Positions 1 through 10,966 of a stretch of DNA of 64,000 nt are shown in pieces. The notes under the pieces are model-generated. The model was not told the origin of the DNA, did not search any database, and worked only from the letters and a program-made list of their open reading frames with translations. Source of the stretch: an uncultured Methanoregulaceae archaeon (GTDB lineage: Archaea > Halobacteriota > Methanomicrobia > Methanomicrobiales > Methanospirillaceae); assembly GCA_963841015.1 (NCBI GenBank), contig CAWJAX010000003.1, positions 320,001 through 384,000 on the forward strand, given 5' to 3'. Position numbers and translations under genes: made by a program. Within the stretch, counting starts at the first letter, position 1; every line of letters begins with the position of its first letter.

Positions 1-512
1 GGAGGGACACCCAGCCCTATTGCCTGCTCACGGTTGAACCTGCCAGGCCGCGCATCTTCCTCAAGAATATAGCCAAGGGAAGGAAGTCCGTGTTTTGTTA
101 AAAAAGCAGTTATGGTATACCCATCAAACCGCACCCATGAACCCTGCCCAAGCTCGACAGATTCAAGGGAAAATTTCAGATTGTACCGTGCGACCTGCCG
201 GAGGATACTGACAAATTCATGTACCCATTCAGGGCCATAAATCGTGAGGGGATCGGTCCGGCCATTAAATGACATGGTCTGGATGAGGCCGAAAAGACCG
301 AGGAAATGATCTGCATGCCAGTGGGAGATAAAAACTGCATTTACCGTAAAGCCGCACCGGGAACGCATCATCTGCTGCTGGGCACCTTCCCCACAGTCAA
401 AGAGAATTGTATCCGAACCGCGCCGGATCATGATGCAGGATGGATTCCGCGAAGGAGTGGGCAGTGCCCCTGCTGTACCAAGAAAATAGACATGCAGAGT
501 CTCACCGCTCAT
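1..512 (-). CDS. rnz: Ribonuclease Z (3' end runs off the window)
   Basis: Translated by hand from ATG 512: MSGETLHVYFLGTAGALPT...LFDCGEG...FISHWHADH, the RNase Z N-terminus and HxHxDH metallo-beta-lactamase motif. Absent from the ORF track because it is truncated. Confidence 0.92.
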   Translation of the reverse strand, partial: MSGETLHVYFLGTAGALPTPSRNPSCIMIRRGSDTILFDCGEGAQQQMMRSRCGFTVNAVFISHWHADHFLGLFGLIQTMSFNGRTDPLTIYGPEWVHEFVSILRQVARYNLKFSLESVELGQGSWVRFDGYTITAFLTKHGLPSLGYILEEDARPGRFNREQAIGLGVP

Positions 513-1283
513 AAAAAGCACTTCCTGAAAACTGAAAGACTTTTTTTCGCCTCATCGATTGACCTTCCTTCAATAACAACCACTCCGTTGTAGTTTGCAG
601 CTGATAGTCTTTCCGACAGCGGACCAGGAAATTGTCCCATCTCCAAGGGCAAGATGTTCATCACTCATACCGTTATTGTCGTGAATATGGATGTGATGTG
701 CTTTTTTTGTATAGCGAAGAAAATCGTTTACTTTCCCGATCGTGTTCGCGTGCCCGAAGTCAAATGTCATACCTATCCCCTCAATTCCTTCTGTCATACC
801 GATCAGTTCCTCAGGAAGCCGGCAGAGAAATTCCTTGATGCCGATCATATTTTCGAGGCAGGCAAGAACTGAATGCTCCTGTGCACATTTACCGATCTGC
901 CTGAGTGCTTCTTTCTGGAGATCCCAGACTTTCTGGGGCATAAGTTTGCCCACCGGAGACAGGTATCCGGGATGGATGACAACCTTATCTGTCAGCGCTG
1001 ATGCATGTTCAATACAGGTGCAGATCTGCCGTATCGACTCCCGCCATATCGGGTCGTTTAATGTAGCGAGGTTCAGGTCACCATACGGTGCATGTACCGT
1101 TATCTCCAGCTGCGTGCTTGCGATCACTTCTTCAATTTTTAAAAAACATGCAGGGTTATCGAGCTGGTAATTTCCATCACCAACAATCTCCCATCCTGCA
1201 TACCCCGCCTCTTTTATACCATATACCCAGGAAATATCATCCCAGACTTTTGATGAGGATGAGAAATAGGGTTTGAGCATCAT
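509..1283 (-). CDS. Sugar-phosphate isomerase/epimerase (AP-endonuclease-2/xylose isomerase-like TIM barrel), +1 frameshift near 603
   Basis: Motifs HAP, LENM, DFGHA and HIHDN..DEH. The shifted frame continues NYNGVVVIEGRS... to a TGA overlapping the rnz ATG. Confidence 0.8.
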
Positions 1284-1828
1284 CGATCACACCCAATAGT
1301 CTCGAGGAGGTTATGCGTTGCAACGAAAAATTCTGCAAGTGTCCCCTCATTGGAAAGGTGCAAATCGGCATCCTTCAGTGCGTTACCCAGACCCCAGCCC
1401 ATCTCGCGCAAATCCCGGGAACGGAGCCTGTCCGCCGATTCAAAATCGTCAGATCGACCCCGCACCCTGATACGGGCTAATCGTGTTTCAAAGGAGGAGT
1501 CGATGCTGATGAGGGTAAAACCGGGAAAAATTCTGCGAAACATCGTTACCTCTGCATCTCCCCGTATACCATCAATAAGTACAAGGGGGGCAGTCTGGCG
1601 TTGTATCTCGGGAACACAGAGGTGTGCGATTGCATCCATGCCCCGTTCCGCGCGGAGTCTGTTTGCCATTGCACCAAGATTTGCATCCGTCGGCTTTTGG
1701 CCTGCGTCTTTTACTGCATTCCGGATCATATCACCCATAACTATTACCGGGACACCCATTCCCGCCGCAATCTTTGAAAACTCACCTTTACCGCTTGCGG
1801 GAAGCCCGACGACTCCGATCACCTTCAT
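1280..1828 (-). CDS. P-loop kinase, dephospho-CoA kinase-like (UPF0200)
   Basis: VVGLPASGKG Walker A, MGD and IDGIR motifs, R..RGRSDD lid. Confidence 0.75.
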   Translation of the reverse strand: MKVIGVVGLPASGKGEFSKIAAGMGVPVIVMGDMIRNAVKDAGQKPTDANLGAMANRLRAERGMDAIAHLCVPEIQRQTAPLVLIDGIRGDAEVTMFRRIFPGFTLISIDSSFETRLARIRVRGRSDDFESADRLRSRDLREMGWGLGNALKDADLHLSNEGTLAEFFVATHNLLETIGCDR

Positions 1829-2519
1829 AGACAATTTCACCTCCTTCACGCGTCCGGATCTTTACGCTCCGAGCCAATGTATCCGCAATTTTTTTCAGTT
1901 CCGCTTCTGAAAGTGGACGGACTTCTCCGGTTACCCCCTGCTGCAGTACGATATCCACCCCACCAGCCTCACGGGCGATGATGGGGACTTCATCATCATA
2001 CCCGCGGAACAGGGTAATCACGACCTCAAATTCAGGTAAACGTCCCTTTTCGTGAGCCTCTCTGCAGATTGCAAGCGATTTCTGCACATCACTAACATAA
2101 TTTCCCTTGAGGAGGTTATTATACCGCGCCCAGCGCGCTTTTATATCGAGCGCAACGCGATCCACCATACCCTCCTGGATTAATGCTTCAAGCGTGTCCG
2201 GAAAGACACCATTTGTCTGGACACCCACTGCAAGGCCCATCCCTTTTGCTATCCGGGCAAGAGCAAGTAACGCATCCTTTTGCAGTGTGGGTTCACCTCC
2301 GGAAAAGACTACACCGCTTATAGCAAACAGCGAGCCCCGGATCATATCTGTAATTTCATCGATCCCGTGCTCATCTGTTCCGGAGACAATGGAAGAGTTC
2401 TGGCAGTATGTGCAGCGGACAGGGCATCCCCGGAAAAAGACCGTGCAGACCGATCTGCCCCGCCAGTCAACTGTTGAAAGCGGAACAAAACCCCCAAAGT
2501 TCAGTTTGATAGTAATCAC
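1788..2519 (-). CDS. Anaerobic ribonucleotide reductase activating protein-like radical SAM enzyme
   Basis: GCPVRCTYCQN (CxxxCxxC) and SGGEPTLQ. Confidence 0.8.
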   Translation of the reverse strand: MITIKLNFGGFVPLSTVDWRGRSVCTVFFRGCPVRCTYCQNSSIVSGTDEHGIDEITDMIRGSLFAISGVVFSGGEPTLQKDALLALARIAKGMGLAVGVQTNGVFPDTLEALIQEGMVDRVALDIKARWARYNNLLKGNYVSDVQKSLAICREAHEKGRLPEFEVVITLFRGYDDEVPIIAREAGGVDIVLQQGVTGEVRPLSEAELKKIADTLARSVKIRTREGGEIVYEGDRSRRASRKR

Positions 2520-2532
2520 CGTGCCGGATTAT

Positions 2533-3186
2533 TTAAGTACAGACAATATTTGAGAGTATTGAGTTGTAATTGCAGAGAGAAAAAACCATGTGCGGGGGGC
2601 GTCTTACCTGCAGTCTGATGATACCGGTATCCGTTACGATTATATCCATTATGGCATCGGTTGCATCTGCAGGGATTTCTTCTACTTCCTGGCAGGAAAA
2701 CGCAATCCCGATCCTCCTGAGGTGGGGGTGTAAAGAGAGGAAGCGATCATAATAACCGGCGCCATAACCAAGCCGGTTTCCTTTTTTATCGAACGCAAGC
2801 ATGGGAATGATTACTGTTTTTATATCAGAAGCCAATGCAGGCAGTTCACGGCCAACCGGTTCGGGTACATGAAATGTACTCTCCAGTAAAACATCGGGAT
2901 CTTTGAGGTACGACAGCCGCAGGGTTTTTGTATCCTTTTCAATAATGGGAACGACTACGGTTTTTCCCCCTGATATGAGATGTCCGATTAGTGCTTTTGT
3001 ATTTACTTCACGCGGTTTTGATGCATATATCATAAGAGGATCAGTACCATCAATCACCTCCAGCAGGCGCCTGCAGATAAGCCTGCTTTTTTCTTCAATC
3101 TCTGCGGCTGAAAGTGAAGCCCGTACGGTTCGTGCATGATCCCGCAGTAATTTTTTTTTGTCGTTGGAAGAAAGAGCGTCCGTCAT
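2533..3186 (-). CDS. 5-formyltetrahydrofolate cyclo-ligase
   Basis: IIPMLAFD..GNRLGYGAGYYDR signature; start approximate. Confidence 0.88.
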   Translation of the reverse strand: MTDALSSNDKKKLLRDHARTVRASLSAAEIEEKSRLICRRLLEVIDGTDPLMIYASKPREVNTKALIGHLISGGKTVVVPIIEKDTKTLRLSYLKDPDVLLESTFHVPEPVGRELPALASDIKTVIIPMLAFDKKGNRLGYGAGYYDRFLSLHPHLRRIGIAFSCQEVEEIPADATDAIMDIIVTDTGIIRLQVRRPPHMVFSLCNYNSILSNIVCT

Positions 3187-3280
3187 GATGCTGATACTAT
3201 CATTTGGCCCATCTATCCGATAATCCTGATCTTTATTTCTTTGTTGAGGGAGCAAAAAATAAAAAAAGAAACCCGCAGGA

Positions 3281-4567
3281 TTAGAATTTAAAATGCCGGT
3301 TAACTATTTTTATGGCACAGTAATCTCCGCACATGGTACAGGCATCAGTATCAGCCGGCATCCGTTCAGCTCGTATCGCACGGGCCCGGGGCGCATTAAT
3401 TGCAACCGCGAACTGGCGTTCCCAGTCTAAATCGCGGCGTGCATGGCCCATCTCGAGGTCTGCTTCGCGGGTCTTTTTGAGTTTTATCATATCACCGATA
3501 TGAGCGGCAATCCGGGAGCTGATAACACCCTCAAAAACTTCCTCCGGGGTCGGGAGTGCAAGGTGCTCAGCGGGGGTCACATAGCAGATGAAATCCGCAC
3601 CTAAGGATGACGATATCGCAGCTCCGATAGCTGCGACACGGTCATCATACCCCGGGGCAATGTCAGTGACAATAGGCCCGAGCATGTAAAAGGGTTTATT
3701 GTTGGTAACGCGTTTCATGAGGGTGACATTGGTGGCAATCTCATCAATGGGCACGTGTCCCGGGCCTTCGACAATAACCTGAACACCGTCGTTATGAGCC
3801 TTATCTGCAAGTTCAGCGTTGATGAGCAGTTCCTGCACGGCAGCCCTGTCGGTTGCATCGTGAACTGCGCCCGCTCTCATACCGTTTCCCATGGAAAGGG
3901 TGACTTCATGCTCCTTCATAATCTCAAGCAGGTAATCGAATTCAGCATAGAGGGGGTTCTCTTTTTCATTATGGAGCATCCATGCGGTCATAAACGCACC
4001 GCCCCGGGAAACAAGCCCCGCGTGCCGACCCTGGTTCCTGAGACGTTTGACCGTTTCCCAGTTGATGCCGGTATGAATGGCCATGAAGTTCGTCCCGAGT
4101 TTTGCCTGTTCTGCGGTGATCCGGAACAGGTCATCTTCCTTCATGTTGACAACAGCACCATCTTTCTGTGCTGCTTCAATAAAGGCCTGGTACAGGGGTA
4201 CGCACCCGACCGACAGTTTTGTATTGGCTATCACCTGTTTACGGATTTCTATGAAGTCTCCCCCGGTCGAAAGTTCCATCAGGGTATCAGCTCCGGCAAG
4301 TTCTGCCTGACGGGCTTTTTCAAGTTCCTCGGGTATATTTACAATGTCTGAAGAAGTCCCAATGGATGCGTTCACTTTGGTGCGCAGTCCTTCACCAATC
4401 CCACATATTTTGACTTTCCGGTAAGGGGAAACCGGGATGACAATATGCCCCTGTGCAACCCCGCGCCGGACAAAGTCCTCGGTAACTCCTTCCTGCTTTG
4501 CTACGATCTTCATCTCTTCCGTAACGATGCCATTCCTGGCATCAGTGATAATACTCATACCATACAC
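3281..4567 (-). CDS. thiC: Phosphomethylpyrimidine synthase
   Basis: TKVNASIG, VSRGG, EGPGHVP, YVTPAEHL and C-terminal CTMCGDYC. Confidence 0.95.
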   Translation of the reverse strand: MYGMSIITDARNGIVTEEMKIVAKQEGVTEDFVRRGVAQGHIVIPVSPYRKVKICGIGEGLRTKVNASIGTSSDIVNIPEELEKARQAELAGADTLMELSTGGDFIEIRKQVIANTKLSVGCVPLYQAFIEAAQKDGAVVNMKEDDLFRITAEQAKLGTNFMAIHTGINWETVKRLRNQGRHAGLVSRGGAFMTAWMLHNEKENPLYAEFDYLLEIMKEHEVTLSMGNGMRAGAVHDATDRAAVQELLINAELADKAHNDGVQVIVEGPGHVPIDEIATNVTLMKRVTNNKPFYMLGPIVTDIAPGYDDRVAAIGAAISSSLGADFICYVTPAEHLALPTPEEVFEGVISSRIAAHIGDMIKLKKTREADLEMGHARRDLDWERQFAVAINAPRARAIRAERMPADTDACTMCGDYCAIKIVNRHFKF

Positions 4568-4757
4568 GTTGCCGTAAAGACAAGATAAAGCCTCGGTTTT
4601 AAAATTCTGGACTAAATCTGGCTTGTTAAGTGAACAAGTAAAGTTGATTTGGACTAAGAAAGATTTTTTTGAGTTTCTTACCCTGCCAACGGATGTTTTT
4701 AAAAAAGTGGTTGTTTTAAACCCAAGGTGAGGTACAGAGCAGGGATTGCAAGAAACA

Positions 4758-4790
4758 TTTATATATAAATGAACGCTAACCTATGGTAAA
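4758..4790 (+). promoter_or_regulatory. TATA box plus HSR1-like element upstream of cdc48-hsp20
   Basis: TTTATATA at 4758-4765 preceded by a purine-rich BRE; CTAAC-N5-GTAAA at 4776-4790. Confidence 0.5.
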
Positions 4791-4812
4791 CCTTGAACTC
4801 CAGGGGGATTTT

Positions 4813-7206
4813 ATGATGACAGACAAAGATTTTACAGAAGTTACGGTAAAAGAAGCCGCTCACGAAGATGCAGGACGGGGCATTGCACGCGTGAGCATCG
4901 AAGTGATGAAGAAACTCGGGCTGGTCTCCGGGGACGTTATCGAGATCCAGGGCAAAAAGAAAGCAGCTGCAATAGTATGGCCGGGTTTTCAGCAGGATAC
5001 CGGATATGGAATTCTCCGTATAGATGGTAACATACGGGGTAACCTGAGCACGGGGATTGACGAGAAGGTAAAAATCCGGAAATCCGAGGCTGAATATGCC
5101 AAGAAGGTGGTGATCCAGCCCACGCAGCCAATACGCCTCGTGGGGGGTGAACAGTATCTGTCACGTGTCCTGCGCGGGCGGGCGGTATTTGAAGGCCAGA
5201 CACAAAGAATTGACGTGATCGGGAATTCCATCACCCTTGTAATTGCCAAGGTCCTGCCGAAAGGAATTGCAATTGTCACTGATGAAACCGAGATTGAACT
5301 CAAAGAAGAACCCTACAATCCCGAAGAGGGTAAAAAGGAAGTCTCTGACATTCACTATGAGGATATCGGGGGTCTTGGCCGGGAGCTGCAGCTCGTAAGG
5401 GAAATGATCGAACTCCCCTTGCGGCACCCGGAGATCTTTGAGCGGCTGGGTATCCAGCCACCCAAAGGGGTACTCCTTTATGGACCGCCGGGCACGGGTA
5501 AGACCCTTATTGCCAAAGCTGTGGCAAACGAGGTTGATGCCCACTTCATTTCACTCTCAGGGCCGGAAATAATGAGCAAGTACTATGGAGAGAGTGAGAA
5601 AGGACTCCGTGAAAAATTTGAAGAAGCTGAACAGAATGCTCCGGCAATTATCTTCATTGATGAGATCGATTCGATTGCACCCAAACGGGAAGAGACAAAA
5701 GGGGAAGTCGAACGGCGGGTGGTTGCCCAGCTCCTTTCCCTGATGGATGGACTCAAGGGCCGGGGGCAGGTCATTGTTATAGCTGCAACCAACCTTCCGG
5801 ATTCTATCGATCCCGCGCTCAGGCGTGGTGGACGGTTTGACCGGGAGATTGAGATCGGTATTCCTGATAAAAAGGGAAGGCTGGAAATATTCCAGGTTCA
5901 TTCCCGGGGTGTACCGCTCTCAGATGATGTGAAGATCGAGGAGTTCGCAAACTCCACACACGGGTTTGTGGGCGCGGATATCTCCCTCCTTGTCAAGGAA
6001 GCAGCAATGCATGCACTGCGCAAGGTTATACCGCAGATTAAGCTCGATGAGGACATTCCCAATGAAGTACTTGACCAGCTGAAAGTCACCAAAGAAGATT
6101 TCGATGAAGCACGAAAGCACGTTGAACCGAGCGCGATGCGTGAGGTGCTTGTTGAAGTACCGGATGTAACCTGGAAGCAGGTCGGCGGACTTGAGGACGT
6201 AAAACAGGAATTAAAAGAAGCGGTGGAATGGCCGCTTAAATTCCCGGATGTGTTCGACCGACTCCAGACCAAGCCTCCAAAGGGCATCCTCCTCTTCGGG
6301 CCGCCCGGTACAGGTAAAACCCTGCTTGCAAAAGCCGTGGCAAACGAAAGCGAATGTAACTTTATCGCCGTAAAGGGACCCGAACTTTTATCGAAGTGGG
6401 TAGGGGAATCAGAAAAAGGTGTACGGGAGATATTCCGCAAAGCACGGCAGGCATCCCCCTCGATCATCTTCTTCGATGAGATCGATGCGCTTGTTCCCAA
6501 ACGGGGGACCTACCAGGGATCATCCCATGTGACAGAAAGTGTGGTGAGCCAGATTCTCACCGAACTTGACGGTATGGAGGAACTTAAAAACGTCACGATA
6601 CTTGCAGCTACCAACCGCCCGGACATGCTGGATGAGGCACTGCTCCGTCCCGGGCGCCTTGAACGTCACATCTATGTTCCCGCGCCAGATGAGGAAAGCC
6701 GGAGGAAAATCTTTGAGGTTTACCTTGGGGGAGAGACTGGAAATATCCTTGCAAAAGACGTTGATATCGAGGCACTTGTCGAAAAGACTGAAGGATATGT
6801 CGGCGCTGACATTGAAGCACTGGTCCGGGAAGCGAAAATGGCGGCAATGCGTGACTTCATTATTCTGATGGGGACCAGGAATGAGCAGGAACGAAAAGAT
6901 GCCATCAAGAACGTGATGCTGACAAAGGCACACTTTGAAGCGGGAGTGTCTAAAGTCAAAGGCTCGCTTGACCGTGATGCGATTGAGAAATCCGAGCGTC
7001 AGGCATGGGAGATGCTCTATAACCAGGATCAGCGGACTATTCTTGACAAGGCGTCATCTGCCATCAATCGTGCCGGCATGATGCAGAAAAAGACTGATGA
7101 ACCGTTACTCAGTGACCTTCGAAAAGCAACGTACCAGAGAAAAAAGGATTTTGCCGGGATCGCAAAACTTACTGAAGCTATGGAAAAGAAAAACGAGGCA
7201 AAATAA
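4813..7206 (+). CDS. cdc48: CDC48/VCP-family AAA+ ATPase
   Basis: N-domain plus two AAA modules (GPPGTGKT twice, DEID, SRH motifs); SD-like GGGGGA before ATG 4813. Confidence 0.95.
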   Translation: MMTDKDFTEVTVKEAAHEDAGRGIARVSIEVMKKLGLVSGDVIEIQGKKKAAAIVWPGFQQDTGYGILRIDGNIRGNLSTGIDEKVKIRKSEAEYAKKVVIQPTQPIRLVGGEQYLSRVLRGRAVFEGQTQRIDVIGNSITLVIAKVLPKGIAIVTDETEIELKEEPYNPEEGKKEVSDIHYEDIGGLGRELQLVREMIELPLRHPEIFERLGIQPPKGVLLYGPPGTGKTLIAKAVANEVDAHFISLSGPEIMSKYYGESEKGLREKFEEAEQNAPAIIFIDEIDSIAPKREETKGEVERRVVAQLLSLMDGLKGRGQVIVIAATNLPDSIDPALRRGGRFDREIEIGIPDKKGRLEIFQVHSRGVPLSDDVKIEEFANSTHGFVGADISLLVKEAAMHALRKVIPQIKLDEDIPNEVLDQLKVTKEDFDEARKHVEPSAMREVLVEVPDVTWKQVGGLEDVKQELKEAVEWPLKFPDVFDRLQTKPPKGILLFGPPGTGKTLLAKAVANESECNFIAVKGPELLSKWVGESEKGVREIFRKARQASPSIIFFDEIDALVPKRGTYQGSSHVTESVVSQILTELDGMEELKNVTILAATNRPDMLDEALLRPGRLERHIYVPAPDEESRRKIFEVYLGGETGNILAKDVDIEALVEKTEGYVGADIEALVREAKMAAMRDFIILMGTRNEQERKDAIKNVMLTKAHFEAGVSKVKGSLDRDAIEKSERQAWEMLYNQDQRTILDKASSAINRAGMMQKKTDEPLLSDLRKATYQRKKDFAGIAKLTEAMEKKNEAK

Positions 7207-7241
7207 CCGTTTGAAAAAATGAACGAGTGGAGGAATTACCA

Positions 7242-7688
7242 ATGTATGACGATCCGCAGGATATGTTTTATGACATGGATGAACTATTCACCCATCTTTA
7301 TACACAGATGACCCGTAATTTTGCAACAGGGGATCCGGATACATTTGTTTACTACAGGATAATCCGGCAGAATGGACAATCACCCGTGATACCCTGTTCG
7401 CAGAGCAACCAGCTGAGGACAAACTCAGAACCGGTTGTAGAAATTCACCTGATTGGTGACGAGGTGAAAGTGATCACTGAACTTCCCGGTATGACAATGG
7501 ACGCGATAGAACTCAAACTCCTGGGATCTGCACTCACCATTGATGCAGACGGGGGTTCTTCGCAGTATCATACACACGCAGATTTACCACCGGTAGATTC
7601 GGGATCAATGCAGACCTCGTTTAAAAACGGGGTGCTTGAAGTGACGTTAAAGAGGTTACCGGATAACTCAGAAGCAGGAAGCTCGTGA
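7242..7688 (+). CDS. Small heat shock protein (Hsp20)
   Basis: ELPG...FKNGVLEV alpha-crystallin motifs; GGAGG SD; follows cdc48. Confidence 0.85.
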   Translation: MYDDPQDMFYDMDELFTHLYTQMTRNFATGDPDTFVYYRIIRQNGQSPVIPCSQSNQLRTNSEPVVEIHLIGDEVKVITELPGMTMDAIELKLLGSALTIDADGGSSQYHTHADLPPVDSGSMQTSFKNGVLEVTLKRLPDNSEAGSS

Positions 7689-7745
7689 AACAGCTTACCT
7701 TTGATTCTCTTTTTTTATATCGACAAATATTCTGTAATCTTTGTG

Positions 7746-7850
7746 CTGTCCGCCATGGCGGCCCTTCGGGAGCGGTGGCGATCATTGTAAATGGCGGCGT
7801 GTGAAAAAAAATCTCGTAGCATACCTGAATAGTTCAATTTTCATGGGAAT
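7746..7850 (+). repeat. Intergenic repeat module B (partial)
   Basis: GTGTGAAAAAAAATCTCGTAGCATACCTGAATAGTTCAATTTTCATGGGAA is nearly identical to 57700-57752. Confidence 0.8.
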
Positions 7851-7860
7851 CCCTTTTCCC

Positions 7861-8043
7861 TTGATATGAATTTCAGGCTGCTGGTACGATGAAGGAGGGG
7901 ACAGTGCCTGTCCCCCCATACCGCCCCTGCGCTGAGCGATGATGACGTAGCACCTGTTCAGGAGTTATCGCATCGGGGGAGCCACAGCAGCGGGGGTGAA
8001 ACGCCTTTGAGCGTTTAGCTTGAAATTGAGCATTTCTAAAGAG
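7861..8043 (+). repeat. Intergenic repeat module A, copy 1
   Basis: TTGATATGAA..GGAGGGGACAG-N3-CTGTCCCC..TTATCGCATCGGGGGAG..AATTGAGCATTTCT is shared with three other loci. Confidence 0.9.
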
Positions 8044-8836
8044 TTAAAAATCCGGATCTGGAGAACCGGACATGAATCTTTACGTTCACACTGGCATAAA
8101 AAAAATCGCCTGAAACGATGGACGCACGCTTCAGGGCCTTTCCAAAGCACAGCGGGGCAAGGAAGTTTTTTTTAATTTTTAGTTATCAATCCGCCGTGGG
8201 TGTGTCAATTCGGGGAAGGCGGTATTCATCGTACCTGAATAATAAAAAAAGCATCATCTCCGCGACATATCTGGATGCTACGATTTTCACGGGAAAAATC
8301 AGCACTGTTGAAATGTTTAAAAAAACCTGAACGCTCTTTTGATTTAAAATTCAAAAATATCTCGAATTTTGCTATTAAAAATAAATATTTCAACTATTTT
8401 AAGTTAAATTTAAAACAAAATATTTATATATAATTAAATAAAAAAGAAAAAAATATGCCCGAATTCATACCTTGTCCGAATAAGGGATGTAAAAACGGTA
8501 AAATTCATTTGTTTGTTGGTTTTGACATTTTCTGGAGTAATTGTCCGGTGTGCAGGGGATCGGGATTCATCGTAAAAAGTGTCCAGAAATCAGCATCGAA
8601 AATCGTAAAAGAGATCTGAGTGAATGCGAGAAGCAAAATAATACCAGTTCATCATTAAGGTGCACATATCTTGAATCTACAACACCCCCCAACATTCACG
8701 GATACAAGGAGAGGGAACTGGCTCGAAAATTAATTTCAAAATCAGAATAAGTCTGATAAACCTCTAGATCAAACTGCTACACAAATCAGGGTATCTTGGT
8801 AAAGTATGAAGGTGTAATACACTTTTGTGACAGAGG

Positions 8837-9769
8837 ATGGCGGTAAAAATGATACTCAAAGATTTCCTAATCAGCGCAGGAACAGAAAAAAATCTCACGG
8901 AGCTAATACTCTGTTTGAGCACCCAGGCCCGGCAGGTGAAGAATGGTTTTTTTCCTACCTGTATGAAAACACAGGCGTGTGAACTGACCAGAAATACTTT
9001 TGGCGAGGAGCAGATGGCTCTTGACAAGTATGCTGATGCGGTATTTATTTCCGGACTTAAAAAATCACGTCTTGTACATTATATTGCGACAGAAGAACAG
9101 GAACAGATCATAGAAGTCGAACATCCGAAAAACAATTTCGGGGTGGTCATCGATCCTCTTGATGGTTCATCACTCATTGATGTGAACCTCTGTATTGGAT
9201 CGATTATCGGCATTTACCCGGGTCATGTTCTTGAAAAGGGCGCAAAAATGGTGGCCGCCCTCTACATCCTGTACGGGCCACTTACCCTGCTGACACTGAC
9301 AACCGGCAAGGGAGTTCATGAATTCGTCCTGGATGATACGGGTGAATTTGTTCTGAAGGAACAGGATATCAAAATCCCGGAAGGGAAAATTTATGCACCC
9401 GGTGCCCTGAGGAAGGATTATCTTCCTGCTCATGCCCGATGGATTGAGCATCTCGAGCACGAGGGATATAAACTCCGCTTCAGTGGCTGTTTCGTTGCAG
9501 ATGTTCACCAGATCCTCCATAAAGGGGGTGTATTCACGTATCCCGGTTTCAAAGGCAGGGAAAAGGGAAAACTGAGACTCTTGTATGAAGCAAATCCCAT
9601 GGGAAAAATCATTCACGAAGCCGGGGGGGGAATCAGTAACGGAAGGACTGATATTCTCCAGATCCTACCGGAAAAGATCGATCAGGTCACTCCCATTTAT
9701 ATCGGGGGTAAAAAAGAGATCGGGCTGATTGAAAAGTATATGGCTCAAAAGATGATAAAAGAGGAGTGA
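8837..9769 (+). CDS. fbp: Fructose-1,6-bisphosphatase class I
   Basis: [19 protein letters not shown] and [11 protein letters not shown] motifs. Confidence 0.92.
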   Translation: MAVKMILKDFLISAGTEKNLTELILCLSTQARQVKNGFFPTCMKTQACELTRNTFGEEQMALDKYADAVFISGLKKSRLVHYIATEEQEQIIEVEHPKNNFGVVIDPLDGSSLIDVNLCIGSIIGIYPGHVLEKGAKMVAALYILYGPLTLLTLTTGKGVHEFVLDDTGEFVLKEQDIKIPEGKIYAPGALRKDYLPAHARWIEHLEHEGYKLRFSGCFVADVHQILHKGGVFTYPGFKGREKGKLRLLYEANPMGKIIHEAGGGISNGRTDILQILPEKIDQVTPIYIGGKKEIGLIEKYMAQKMIKEE

Positions 9770-9776
9770 TGAGTCT

Positions 9777-10913
9777 ATGAAAAAGAACGATTATGGTCCA
9801 ATCCCTGGTTCAACGATTTTTCGCGGCATTTCCGGCCAGAAAACAATTATCATGGCGGCAAATACGCGGATTGCAACGGTGGCACAGGGTATTTTCAAAG
9901 CCGCAAAGGAGACTGATTCCGCAGTATTCATGGAACTTGCCAGGTCAGAATGTGACCTGAAAGGGGGATATACCGGTTTAACGCCGAAGGATTTCTCAGC
10001 AAAGATGAGAGAAGCTGCAAAGGCGGCGCAGTTTGATATCTGGGCTCTGCATGCAGACCATATTACGATAAAAACGGGAGAACCCGTAGAGATAGAGAGC
10101 ACAAAACAGTTAATCGATGCCCAGATTCAGGCAGGATACACCTCATTTGCCATTGACGCCTCTCATCTTTTCAATTTTGAAGGTAAAACTGTCAGGCAGG
10201 AACTGGATAAAAATATCACGGCAACCTCAGACCTGGCTCTCTATATTAAGAACAGGATGAAAAGCAAGGATTTCGGTCTGGAAGTGGAGGTTGGGGAAAT
10301 AGGAAGAAAAGATGGTCACGGGATGATCCTCACAAAACCCGAAGAAGCTGTTGAATTCATTAAAGCCCTGCAGGAAAACGATGTCTATCCCCAGGTGCTG
10401 GCAATTGCCAATGGAAGCACGCATGGGCATGTGTACGATGATCAGGGGAATGTGATCGAACAACTTTCCATTGATATCCCTCAAACGAAGGCAGTTGCAC
10501 AAGCCCTGCGGGAGAACAACCTGCATGTTGGCATCGCTCAGCATGGGATAACCGGAACCCCCCGGGATCTCATTAACCAGCATTTCCCGAAAGGGGATAT
10601 CATCAAAGGAAATGTAGGGACGTTCTGGCAGGACGTCGTTTTCTCAACACTGAAGGTGTACGAACCTGCACTGTATAAAGACATCCGGGAATGGACACTG
10701 GAAAAATACCGTCCCGCAAATACCGGGAAAAAAGACAGCCAGATATTTGACGGGAATTGCAAGTTTGCGATCAAAGAATTTTTCAAAGAGATTTATTCGG
10801 TAGAGGAAGGCACTGAACAGGCAATCAGGGCTATGGCCTATGCTGAAAGCCTTGTCTTTTTCAAAGCGTTCAGTTCGTATGGGTCAGCCTCCCGGGTCAG
10901 GAAGATCCTCTAG
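9777..10913 (+). CDS. Class II fructose-bisphosphate aldolase family protein
   Basis: LHADH, IDASH, EVEVGEIG, GSTHG, QHG and KGNVGT motifs. Confidence 0.85.
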   Translation: MKKNDYGPIPGSTIFRGISGQKTIIMAANTRIATVAQGIFKAAKETDSAVFMELARSECDLKGGYTGLTPKDFSAKMREAAKAAQFDIWALHADHITIKTGEPVEIESTKQLIDAQIQAGYTSFAIDASHLFNFEGKTVRQELDKNITATSDLALYIKNRMKSKDFGLEVEVGEIGRKDGHGMILTKPEEAVEFIKALQENDVYPQVLAIANGSTHGHVYDDQGNVIEQLSIDIPQTKAVAQALRENNLHVGIAQHGITGTPRDLINQHFPKGDIIKGNVGTFWQDVVFSTLKVYEPALYKDIREWTLEKYRPANTGKKDSQIFDGNCKFAIKEFFKEIYSVEEGTEQAIRAMAYAESLVFFKAFSSYGSASRVRKIL

Positions 10914-10966
10914 GGAACCAACGTAACTTTTTTCTTCTGCAGAGAGATTCTATACTGTGATTTCTC

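Noticed and set aside
4568-4760. TPP riboswitch upstream of thiC
   Set aside because: No CUGAGA/ACCUG core found; only a TGGACTAA direct repeat of unknown meaning.
8330-8460. Very AT-rich tract as a replication origin
   Set aside because: No ORB repeats or adjacent orc1/cdc6; more likely an ordinary upstream region of the fbp cluster.
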